Origin: Gnetum montanum
Lineage: Eukaryota; Plantae; Gnetophyta
Direction: 5' to 3'
Assembly (NCBI GenBank): GCA_015680685.1
Contig: MNCI01000958.1
Location: 145,646 to 209,645 of the forward strand
Length of the DNA stretch: 64,000 nucleotides
Position numbers and translations under genes: made by a program. Shown here piece by piece: positions 14,201 through 26,200 of this stretch (the first letter of the stretch is position 1; each line of letters begins with the position of its first letter). The notes under the pieces are model-generated. The model did no database searches. It saw nothing but the letters and a program-made list of their open reading frames with translations, and had not been told where the DNA came from.

Positions 14201-17200
14201 GTTATTGTACCACTCCGGGGTATCCGCAGCATCGACAGAGGCCACGTGTTCTGCCTAAGTGATAGGCTCTACACATTCTGTGATTGTGGTTGGCAGGTTT
14301 GCCAAAGAATGTGATGGGATGTTTAACGTGAGGGTAGCTAGGGCGTCTGCTACGATGTTCTCGTTACGTGGCACGTGTTGCACATCAATGGTTGCGAATT
14401 GCTTGAGTAGGATTTTTGCTAGGTCGCAGTAGGGTTGTAGGTGCGTAGCCTTGCAGGCGTAGACTTTGGTGATTTGATTCACGACTAGTTGTGAATCTCC
14501 TCGAATTGCCAGATGTTGTATACGCAGCGCTCGGGCAGTTAAGAGGCCTTTGAGTAGCCCTTCGTATTTTGCCACGTTGTTGGTGCAAGGGAATGCAAAA
14601 CGATAAGCGGATGGGTACATTTCCCCAGAGGGGAATGTGATCGTGGTAGCGGCGCTACCTCCTCGTGTGGTGGAGGTGCCGTCGAAATGTAAGGTAGCTT
14701 CGAAATGCCACGGGATGATGGCGACATTGCTAACGTATTCGTCCGGGAATTCTGGGTCTATGGTAGCCTGGTTGTCGACTGGTGAGGCTGTAAGTTGGGT
14801 TGCTATGGCTTGACCCTTTGTCGATGATTGACTTATATAGCATAGGTCAAACTCCGCAGTTATTGCCTTCCATCGGGCTATCCTGCTACTTTCGTACAGG
14901 TTGTTGGTGATAGCCCGGAGTATGTTGCTTTTGCAAATGATGTTGGTTGTGCTGTGGAACAGGTAATGCCGCCACTTTTTTAGTGCGAATACTAAGGCTA
15001 GGCAATTCCTCTCCACTTCGTTGTATTTTGCCTCGTATGCTATTAGTGCATGGCTCAGGTAATACACCGGTATCTCAGAACTGTTGTCCTGCTTTTGACA
15101 TAGTAGTGCTGCTATGGATGTGTCGGAGGTGGCAAGGTATATGAATAAAGGCTTGTCCCTTTGCGGCGTGTGCACCGTTGGAAGGTGCGAGAGCTCCTTC
15201 TTCAGGTCGTTGAGGGCTTGTTGACACTGGGTTGTCCATTCAAAGTCAATCCCTTTCTTTAGAAGATGTTGCATGGGGTGTAACTTGTCGGTCAACCTGG
15301 CTATGAACCTTCGAATGAATTGTACCCTGCCTTGTAAACTGCGTAACTCCTTAAGGTTTGTGGGAGGCGCTAGATTGACGATGGCCTTGATTTTGTCGGG
15401 GTCCACCCATATTCCAGCCTCTGATACTACGAACCCTAACATGCGTCCAGTCTTTACTCCGAAGACGCACTTCTTAGGATTGAGACGTAAGTCATGCATT
15501 TGGCAGCACTTGAGGACTACCCCTAGATCGTGTGGGTGATCGGCTGCCTCCTTGGACTTAATTGCTATGTCATCTACGTAATCTTTTAATGTTTCTAGAA
15601 TGTAGTCACTGAAAATGTAAGTCATGGCTCACTGGTAGGTCGCTCCAGCATTCGTGAGCCCGAAAGGCATCATGGTATAGCAGAAGGTTCCCCATGGAGT
15701 CATGAAGGTTGTTGACAATTGGTGCTCTGGGTTGATGCGGATTTGGTTTTATCCGGAGAAGCCATCCATGAAGGATAGCAAAGCATGGCCAGCCGTGGTG
15801 TCGATGATTTGATCAATGCTCGGGAGTGGAAAGTTGTCTTTGATCGTTGCCTTGTTTAAGTCTCGGAAGTCTATACAGATTCGTATCCCTCCTGTTTTCT
15901 TTGAAACTACAACGATGTTGGATACCCACTCTGAATAGTCGACCGTGCGGATGAAACCTGCTTGGTATAACTTAGTGATTTCATCCCTCACGGCTAGTGC
16001 GATTTCTGGCTTAATTTTATGAGCCGTTTGCTTGACTGCCTTTACGTGTGGGTCTAGGACGATGTTATGCTAAATCAGCTGCAGATCTAGACCCGGCATG
16101 TTGCTGTACGACCATGCGAAGACATCGATGTGGTCCTGTAGAGTTTTAACTACGCCTTCATGTGTGTGTGTCTAGGAGGGAGCTGAGTCTTAACATCTTT
16201 ACCTCTCCCTTTGACGTGGTCACAGGTATCTCGACAAGAGGATCCTCGGTTACATCCCCGGCCTCTAAATCTAGGGCTTGGACCAGGTGCCTGGGCCAAT
16301 CTGGGGATGCTTCTAAGGTTGCTATAGTGTTAATCGTAGTTGACCTCCAGTCGATCATGTCGGGGTTCAACTGTCTCGCGAGCTTGCCCTGTGGCCTTGC
16401 TAACGTTAAAGGCGTGGAAAGGGCACGATGGATTCCCATCTCTTGCTTGACTTACCATCATAAGATGAAAGCCTGGGTAAGGGTCATCAGAGATTGTGTG
16501 AAACACAAATTTGCAAAGCAACACTGAGATGCAACTTGCTAAGTGAGGCGATGTAAAGATTGAAAGTTTGCTAGTTTAAGGTCGTGGCGGACCGCCAAGG
16601 TGCGAGAGTGTAGAATTGCTAATGGAACGCATGACTGTCGACATGCGAATGCCAAACTGCTAGTTTAGTGTCATCTCGGACTGCCATATTGCAACATGTA
16701 AAATCTCGATATGCAAAATAATAATAAAAAAAAGAAAATTACGAGTACAAGGAGTATCAAACTACCAGTGCGAAAATCGAATCATGAAACCGCTAGGAAA
16801 TGTGATACTGCCTATGTGGAAGAGGATGGGGCGACTGCTGGTGTAAGGATATGGTTAGTTTAACGTCGTTGCGGACTGCGAATGTAACGGGTCGAAACTA
16901 CTATTTTAGGGTCTCTTCGGACGCTGAGGAGCATAACTATGCTAGGCTCGTTCGTTTAAGGTCTTTTCGGACCCTTAATCGAAAACAAATGTTATTATAT
17001 TTTTTCTTTGTCTTCGGGAAGGCTAGTAGTTGGCTTGAAGCGTGTCAAGGCTTAAATGCTAATAGTGTTATGATGTCGTGGCGAGCATGCTACGCTGGAT
17101 GGCACGCTCTGCATTAATCGGAGAGAGAAAGAGGTAAGTTTCCCCATCTTGCCCCTGCGGCTATAAATAGGGGTTAAACCCAGGTAATTTCGTTGTTTCC

Positions 17201-20200
17201 ACCATGAGAGCACAGAACCCTCATCGGAGCATACGGCGATTTCGGAGCGCGAAGCAGTTGTGTTGATCGACTAGCAAGACGAATTTTTACAGTGAAGGTC
17301 ATAAATCTGCAAGGAGGGCCATGGCTCCTAAGACTCATTTGGTGCTTGCGAAGATTGAGGAGGCGAAAAAGGCCCTGAGACGCGCGCCACAAGCGCGCGT
17401 TCCGGTGCAAGAGAGCACACTGTTGACCCAGTAAGTTTTCATGCCTCCTTCGCTCTTTTCGTTTTGCGCCTTTTGCTGTTTTTTGCTCTGGTTTTGCGTC
17501 CTATTTGTTCTGCTATCTGTGTTTTCTACGGCCGTGTTGTTTTAGCCTTTGTATCACCGTGGCCTCTTTTTCGGTCGTGGCCGATGTGCAAAGGTTTCGT
17601 TGTAAGGCCGCTGGGACTGCTACTGCTTCGGTTGTCATGCCTGCGGGGCTGGGGCAGTTTAAGTTGTTTGACCTTGGCATGTCGTAACGTAAAACCCTTG
17701 GGAGGGTTTGGTCATGTGCGATGCGGCATCGCGACGCGTGTTTTGTTTGGGCATGTCGCCAATTGTTTTACTGCTACGCTGAGCTATTTGCATGTTTTCG
17801 CTATGCTAGGCTCTCACACCTTTGCTACGCTACGTATGGATAGAGAGTTATGCTATGCTGTATTTATGGACTGCTAGACGTTGCTATGTTGCGCGTGTAT
17901 TGTGTTCAAGTGTGACGCCAACATTTGTTGATTGCATTGTGCAGGGCAGGGCCAAGGTCTAGGCTGATCGTTTTGGACCTTGGAGGGGTCCTGTGCCATG
18001 TGAGTAGACCTATGGCTAACGCTCCTCCCCCGATATGTGTGGGAGATCAAGCGGTTTGGTTCAGGGAAGGGGCACGAGACTTCTTGCAATTCCTTCTCAA
18101 CCACTTTAGTGTGATTGTTTGGTCTTCCTTAGACGAGACGCAGGCATCCGACATAATAGAGGCCATGCTGCCAGGGGCAAATCGAGGCATCCTGAGATAC
18201 CTTTCTGATGAGGCAACCACGAGCAGGGAGGGAGGGGGGTCCAGCCAACACTCAATAGGGTTGAGGCATTTAGCCTGGATCTGGGACATGCCGGAATACC
18301 AGTGCTATCACTCGTACAACACATTGTACATCGCACGTCACATGGCGATGCACTTTCAGAACCCACAGGGGATCGTCTATTGTGCTGGCAGGTGAGTTTT
18401 GCATCTTTGCTTTGCTTCGTTGTGCAACGCCGGCTATACCTGGTTGAATGCTAATTGTGTGTGTTTGTCACTAGGTTCTACATTGATGATGACGGGGTTC
18501 ACGATCAACCGGATCTGCTGGCTACAACACAGCTAGCCCTACAGGAGTTTGCTTCTGCCAAGAGCCTGTGGGCGGGCGTGATTGGTCAGTGTGGGGGAGA
18601 ATACCGTACTTACCCACACACGCTTGCCACTTTCTACAATCAGTTTAGGGTGAAGGGTTGGCTGGACAAGGAGTGGAGAGAACTTTTCAAACAGGTCATG
18701 CTTGAAGCAGTTCTGGCGGTTGAACTCCCACTATTCCCATTACTGTATAGACTTGGTGGGTCAAAAGGTAGGCGCCAGATGCTCAAGTGTTTTCGTAATC
18801 TTTGCATTCTTTGCATTGTTAAGCTGAGTGTGTTTTGTGAAAATTGTTGCAGGGGCGAAGAAGCCTCGTGAGGTGACGGTGGTAACTGCCAAGAGGTAGG
18901 GAGCAAACATCTACTTCAAATACGGCGAAGTAGCGGCGAGCCAGAGCTAGTTAGAATGAGGGGCCTCGGACTCTTTGCTCAGGAAAGTCCGAAGGGCAAG
19001 GCTTATGGATTTGTTTATGGCGCCGAATCCGGGTGCCTTTGCTGCCGAGATGCTTTCCTTGGTCAACTCCTTCTCTGGGAAGGCGGGTTGTTTTCGCACG
19101 TACGTGTGGGGCGTGCTGGTGGTCATTGACATCGACGACCAGCTGTTTGCAGATCTGTTTGGCATTCCTGCCGATGGCGCCCCCATAGTGTCGAAGGGCA
19201 AACAGGAGTTGACCCTGCAGAAGTAGCATATCGAGGAGTGGCTGAGGCTCTCCAAGGAGCGAAAAGGGTTCCCCATGGAAAAGCTTAAGGACGGCCCTGC
19301 CATGGGGATATGCCTGGTCTTTTGTGCCCACGCATTCCCTCAATTGCTCACCCAAGGGAAGGTCCTGGGGCTTGAGCAGGCCTGGGTAATGCGGGAAGTC
19401 ATGGAGGAGGGGGCCCATTACAACTGGGCCGAATTCCTATGTAGTGGTTTGCAGGCCGAGATTTTGGGACTCTGTGAGCAAACGGAGTCCCGCTTTAATA
19501 TACCCCATGCCTTCTACATAGGCTGTTTAAAGCGCTTCGCGAAGTTCCTGGTGGTCCAGGAGGATGGAGTTTGGTCCATGCTAGACCGCGACCAGATTCC
19601 CAAGCCATGGATTCGGCAGGTCCTCCGAACTATGCAGGCCTGGGATCCTTCGGAAATGGTCGGGGAGTCGTTGTCTGTAACGACTAAAGGTTTGGCAGTT
19701 CGTAGTGCTCGCGGCCAGGACAGTGTAGGAGAGATGCCCCCTGTTATAGCCGGTAGCGTGATACAGGGTGAACGTCTCATAGCTGAGACTGTGCCCAAGG
19801 AATTGCGAAGGAAGAGACCTCCCCCAGCTAGGGAAAGCTCTTGTGAAGAGGAGGGACGGAGACTGCGGCTCAAGTTGCGACGGACGCAACCCCCCATTGG
19901 TAAGTGTTTTTGTATAATGCTTATTTTGTTATAGTGTGCTATGTTATGCCGTGCTAGGCGGTGCAGTGTAGTGTAGCACTTGTTTTGAACCAGCTTGTTT
20001 TGAATCGACGCAAACATGCCTTTTTTGCTTAGCAGAGGAAGAATAAGATGAAGAAGGAGGCGATGAGGAAGTGTCGGCCCTTAGGACGGGGGTGACGAAT
20101 AAAGATGCGGAGGCCCTAGTTTCGGAGGAAAGGGCCCGGTCAGGAATAATGGAGCTCCTATCTCCAGGGTAGGGGCTCTTGTCATTAGGGAGCCTTTTCC

Positions 20201-23200
20201 TACCAACGAAGAGGTACCTCCCCAAAATAAAAAAGACGCTGGTCTCCTGAAAGGAAAGGCACCAGCGCATGAGGAAGGGACTTGCATGGATTTGGTAGGG
20301 CCCTCTACTGTGGCTACCACGGTTGTCTTGTCTCAGCAAGAAGAAAGACCGCATTCGGCAGTCCATTTTGGCTGTTGCTGACATGCTTAATCGTGTAACA
20401 GGTGTTACTGCTGACATGCTTAATCGTGTAACAGGTGTTACTGTTGACATCGACCTCCTTCGCTTTGTATAGAGTTGTGGGCCAACGTCCCTGACAAGTT
20501 TACGTTCGTGCAGGGACTTGTTGACGATATGATCAGAAGCCTTCAACAGGTGGACCCTCGTGCGGGTAAGTATTAGCGTTAACTGCCCTTATGTTGCTAC
20601 GCTGAAGCTTTCGAGTTTGTTGATTATGCTATGCTAATGCGATTACTACGCTTCGTGCGTTAAACAGCCTCTCGGCTCAAGTGGGACCCGGCATGACCTA
20701 TGAAGGTTGGCGCGGTGCCTACACTCTTGCCTGACATGACCAAGGTGTCTCGTCGCACGTTTGACGAGGCTTATAAGTGTGTCTTGTACTCGGCATGCTC
20801 TTTGTGGGAATGTAGGCGCACCAATGAGGACCTGTGGAAACGGGTCCAAAGGGTTGAGTAGAGAGAGGCCGACCTGGCTGCCGAGGTGGAGAATCTTAGG
20901 TCGAGGAACACTTTTCTTATAAACCGCAACCCTGACCCAGTCAATTGGAAGAGGGCTGTAGACGATTATGCCAGGTTTTGGACCGTCGTTCATCAGAACA
21001 TTGAATCCACCCGCGAGATAGTCGAACAACAAAGGCAGATGGACTTGTTGGCCCAGAAGTGCCAAGACATGAAAGACATCAGTGCTAAGGTCTTCGAATG
21101 GGGGAAAATCCAGAGAGACCATAAACATATGTACAAGTTGGAGAATGAGACCCACCGAAAACTGTACAGAGACGATGTTGTGGAGGCGTTCACGTATGAA
21201 GCGTTTGTGAAGGCCATCGGTGCTTCTGAGGCCTATGCTAAGTTTAAAGAGCGGGTGGAGGTCACATAATCTCCTGACTTGAGGGTGAACGTTCCTACAG
21301 GAGAGACCGCAACTGCTTCCCTTTCCCTGGAACCTCTAAAATGGATGACCACGGAAAGGGAGAAGGCTGCTGCAGCGAATGCTGAACCCAGCGACAGGCG
21401 TTGGATGGATATTTCTATAGAGGAGATTTGGCGTCGCCTCAGGCTTGGTCTAGACCAGATACCCCTTGAGACCGACGCAGGCTCCTCTCAGGTTAGTCGC
21501 TTTCATGTTATGTTGTAGCTTGCGTTTATCGCGTTTGTTGCCCTAGCTAACTACTTCATTCTTGCGGTGCAGGCTCTAGATGAGGGTGCGAGACCTGCGG
21601 GGAGAGGGAATGCAGGATTGGTAGAAGGCAATGCAGGAGCGGGTGATGCACAAGTAGATGAAGCGGAGGCAAACAGTGAAGGCGTTGCAACCGGAAACAA
21701 CCCATGACAACATGGGATTTACCATTTTTGAATTTTTTTTTTCGAAAATTTTTCAACATTGCCAATAGGCAAAAATTTTGAATGAAATGAAAAACTTCAG
21801 CAAGGAAATTGATTTTATGTTAACTTGTGTATTATGTAAAGTTTTTATGCTTTCATATGCTAGTTTTAGGCCATCTCAGGCCATTGCTAGTTTTGGGCCA
21901 TTTCGGGCCGTTGCGTGACAAATTAAAGTGACAAGCGATAATGCTGGTTTTAGGCCGTTTCGGGCCAATGCCAAAAGAGGTAGTTCATTAACAAAGCAAT
22001 AAGGCGATGATGCTAGTTTTAGGCCATTTCGGGTTGTAGCATAGCATGCCGAACGGTCGGCATACTAACAAGGCAAGGAAACGGTGAATGTACAAGGATA
22101 GTGATCGGGCGGGAAGCCGTAGGGCCGCTACGCTATGTGCAGCTGCTTCTTGACCCGTCGTCGGTTGATCGGAACATAAGGTCGAGGTGTTTCACCAGGG
22201 CCCCCGTTCATATCATTGTCATTCGCTTGGAAGGGCAACTCAACCCATGCGTTTTCGATTTGAGGATCGGTTCGCTAGACCAATTCTTCCGTTGCATGAT
22301 TAATGCATGCATGATCAGGTGCTTCATCCTCAGAGGTTGTAACTTCTGAACCCTGTTCCATGCCTACGTTGCTGATTGCTTGCGTTGCCACTTCATCACC
22401 ATAGATTACCACCTCTCTACCTGCGTATGGTAAGTGGATTTCTTGGTTTATAGGCGAGGAGATAGCCCTGAGTTGCGCTAACCATGATCTCCCCAAGATC
22501 AGGTTAAACCCGGGCATTTCTTTGACTACGATGAACGTTGCATCTGTGGGGAACTGGTCCCCTGCTACAAAGTTTACGTGAACCGTGCCCTTCACCAGGA
22601 CGTGTGCCCAATTGAACGACCTTAGACACGATGTCGTTGTTGGTTTGATCTGGTCAACCAACCCCAACTTGTCCACAATAGGGAAGGGAATGACGTTCGT
22701 GGCAGCCCCATCATCAACATGTACCCTTTGGATCCGGTGTTGGCCAACCCGAATTGTGATAAAGAGAGGTGCTGTAGTCACTTGACCCCCTTCGGGATCT
22801 TCCCTAATGGCGTCGTTACTAAAAATTAATTGAGGTGTTGCAGACTCCACTGGTACAGAGGGAAGCATTACCGAGTAGATCACTCCCTCTTCCGCTGGCA
22901 TGTTCCCGTCGACCGGAATCGCCGTTAACATGCGGACTAGAGCCTCTTGGTGAGGTACAGATGTCATGACTAGGTTGTACAAGCTCAATGTAGCGTTTTT
23001 CTGCTTTAGGGCTTGCTTGACCTGGGTGAGGGCGTCCAAGAATTCTTGGCCGCCTGCCTGTTTGACACTTTCCTTCTCTTCGATTCGTCCTATAAGACGA
23101 ATCTCTCGAGGAGAGACGACCTTGGACCTAGGTTCAGATCCTTGTCGGCAAGGTAATGCAGGCTGTGTAATCGTGTCGACCTTCATCTTTGGTGACGAAG

Positions 23201-26200
23201 GTGTAAATACGAAGGGCGAAGGCGTAGGTTTGGAGATACCTTTGACGGTACTTCCCTTCGATGTCTTGCCCACCAAGTGGGCTTCTCGCCTTGTGGGGTG
23301 AGGAGGTTGTTTAATGTTGTTGCACTAGATGGGGGTTGTCGAAGACGTTGGCCCCCTGATGATGAATGGAGCTAGAGATGTTAACTGACGGGGCCCCGTG
23401 ACCTCGCCAACAGGTGGTGTAATTGGGTCAAGAGTTCTTCCAAAGTTGAAATGGATGAACGTGGCAACGCGCGGTACCAATCTAGGGCTTTCCTGGCTAG
23501 GGACATGGCGAAGACGTGAATGATCGTATGCGGCCATTGTTGCAATAGCAAAGACTCTGACCGGAAAGTGACGAGATGTGTATTGGGATCTCCCTCCCCG
23601 TCGTACTTCGTGAAGTGTGGGAGAGACATCCCGGGTGGTAATATCAAAGTAGGGATTGTAGGGTTGACGGGGTCGTCCTGATAAAAGTCCATGACTTGCA
23701 CCGTGTCGGACCCAACAGCTTTGAGGCGTTTTATTTCCTCAGTTAGGGTCTGGATGAGCTGAAACGCTTGGTCCAGACCCGGCGACGTTGTAGACGGCTG
23801 AGGGACTGCAGAGGCAACTCCCACATGCGGCATGGTGGCAGTGGTAGTTTGACCCATCGGCAGTGCCGTTGGGGCCGGGGTGTTGCTTGCGTTGTCCACC
23901 ACCTGGTGGGTGGTATTGTCGGAGCGGTAATAGCGGGTTGAGTCGTCGGATAGACCATTTGGGTTACCGACAGGACAGACCATGGCCCCGTGCTAGGATG
24001 TACCGTTTGCAGGGTTGGGTAGGTTTGAGGGCGAACATAGTGAGACATCTGCGACGGTTGTAGAACAGATGAAGAGGCAAATAGGGTCCACCACGTGGAT
24101 GGGCCTGGGCCCGCCACAGTGGGTGGAATAGATGCATACGTAGGAATTGGCATAGCAGTTATGTGCAGTTGCAAAGTAGGTACAGTATGGACATGCGGTA
24201 GGGTAGCCGTGATAGGCGTGTTGCGCATCGTAGGGATGTGCTGATAAACAGTTTGCGGCGGCGCAGTTGCTGCGAGTGCAACCGGGGAATAAGGGTGATG
24301 ATACGCCGAGTATGTGGCATGGCTACCCGTTGCAGTTGCGGTCGTAGGCTGCTGAAGCATAGGTGTGATGACAAAGGGAGTGGTGATAGACAACGGGTTG
24401 GCCCAGAAGGACTGGGTAGGCGGGACAGGAACGGGGTTGACTTAACCCCCCTCGTCAGATTGGGAATCGAGCTCCTCCTGTCCATCTTGAAAGGCGTCGT
24501 CCTGGTTGGACGCGGTGTCTGGTTGCTCCCTAAGTCTAGCCAACTGGATCAATTGGTCCAGTAGCCTTTGATACGCTTGCGTTAAAGGCAAAGAAACGTC
24601 GGGGGTAGGACCGAATTCCTTCCCGTTGCAATAAGTGAACTCGAAGCTATGTTTTTTCTTGAGTTCGTGTAAATCCAAGGGTAGATTAGCCTGCACCTTT
24701 GTGCAAAGGAAACTATAACGTTCGTGTTGCTGGGCTAATCCCTCAGGTCCCCTGTTTTGGATTCTGAGAGATCGACGTGCTTCCATCGCGGGGTTTAGCG
24801 GTTGTTCGGCATGAGTGGTGCCTTGAACCATGAAGGGCACCTCTGCGTTGAAGGTGTCAATAGCGGTGGTGGCGGAAGCCATTGCTAAGCAAGTGATTAT
24901 GCAAAAAATGCAAGAAGTGCAAAAAGAACAAAAGGGTTGAAAAAGCAACAAAAGGTGGCTTTACGTCTTGCTGGATTTTGGAGGAACCGTTGAGGCGACC
25001 GATCTATACCACACAAAGCGTAAACAACCACAAAGGGTGTCACGTTTATGCCAGTGCGTGATGAGGTACAGAACACGTGCAAGACTACCGTAAGGCAAGT
25101 TTAGTTGACAAGCGATCAAGAAGGCTTTATGTCTCGTAGGATCCCAGAAGGACCATTGAGGCGACCGACCTGCACCACACAAGGCGCAAACAATCGCAGA
25201 AGGGTGTCACATTTACGCTTGTGCGTGCTAGGGTGCAGAGCGCGTGCAAGACTACTGTAAAAGGGAAGGCAAGTTAACTCGCCGTCGAAAGGCTTTATGT
25301 CCCGTAGGGTCCCGGAGGGACCGTCGAGGTGACCGATCTACATCGTACGACACGTAAACAACCGTAGATGGTGTCGAGTCTACGCTAATGCATATCGGGG
25401 TGTAGAAGGCTTGCGAGGCTACCGTAAGGCGAGCGAGCTAATCTAGAAGGCTTTGCATCTTGCAGGATCCCCGAGAGACTGTCGAAGCAACCGGTCTGTT
25501 CCACACGAGGTGGGATCCAGAATGCATGCAAGACAACCGTAAGACGGGCGAACTAACTAGCGATCAAGCAAGCTTTGCGTCTCGCAGGATCCTGGAGGGA
25601 CCGTCGAAGCGACCGATCTGTACCACACGAGATGAGGTACAGAATGCATGCAAGGCAACCGTAAAATAAGCTAGTTAGCCGGCGATCGGAGGCCTTATGT
25701 TCTGTAGGGCTCCCGATGAGCCGTCGAGGCGATCGGTCTACACCGCACAAAGCGCAAACAACCGTAGGAGGGTGTTGCGTTTACGCTTACGTGTATCAGG
25801 GTGCAGAAGGCTCATAGAACTATCGTGACACGCGGAAAAGGCACCAAAATGCCCTCCTTCTAGCGCCAGAAAATTGTAGCAACTGAAAACGTCGGCGGCT
25901 AGAAAACACCGGGGGGTTGGCGGGCATGATAGTTTCGACTCCGTATCCGCAGGAGGGCCGTGCTGGGTGTGTGCGGACACGGGGTGCCCTAAACGGTCTA
26001 GTCGATCAGACAGGGACTTACATCGACGTTAATATAGCCTTTTGCAATGTAAATAATGCGAAATGTGAGATAATGCTTGAAAGTAAATGAAGCAGGAGAG
26101 AAACTGTAAAAAATGCGACAGTAATATGAAGTAATGCTTAAAGGTGAATAAAACAGAAAATGATGCAAAACGAGACAACAAGCAAGAAATAAAGTAAAGT

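Noticed and set aside
17464-17877. 137-aa hydrophobic ORF
   Set aside because: It falls entirely in T-rich intron 1 of the cargo gene.
18205-18240. CTGATGA, a possible hammerhead ribozyme core
   Set aside because: No matching GAAA or stems, and it lies in a coding exon.
18947-21217. Minus-strand ORFs of 100-200 aa
   Set aside because: Shadows of the plus-strand cargo exons; no motifs.
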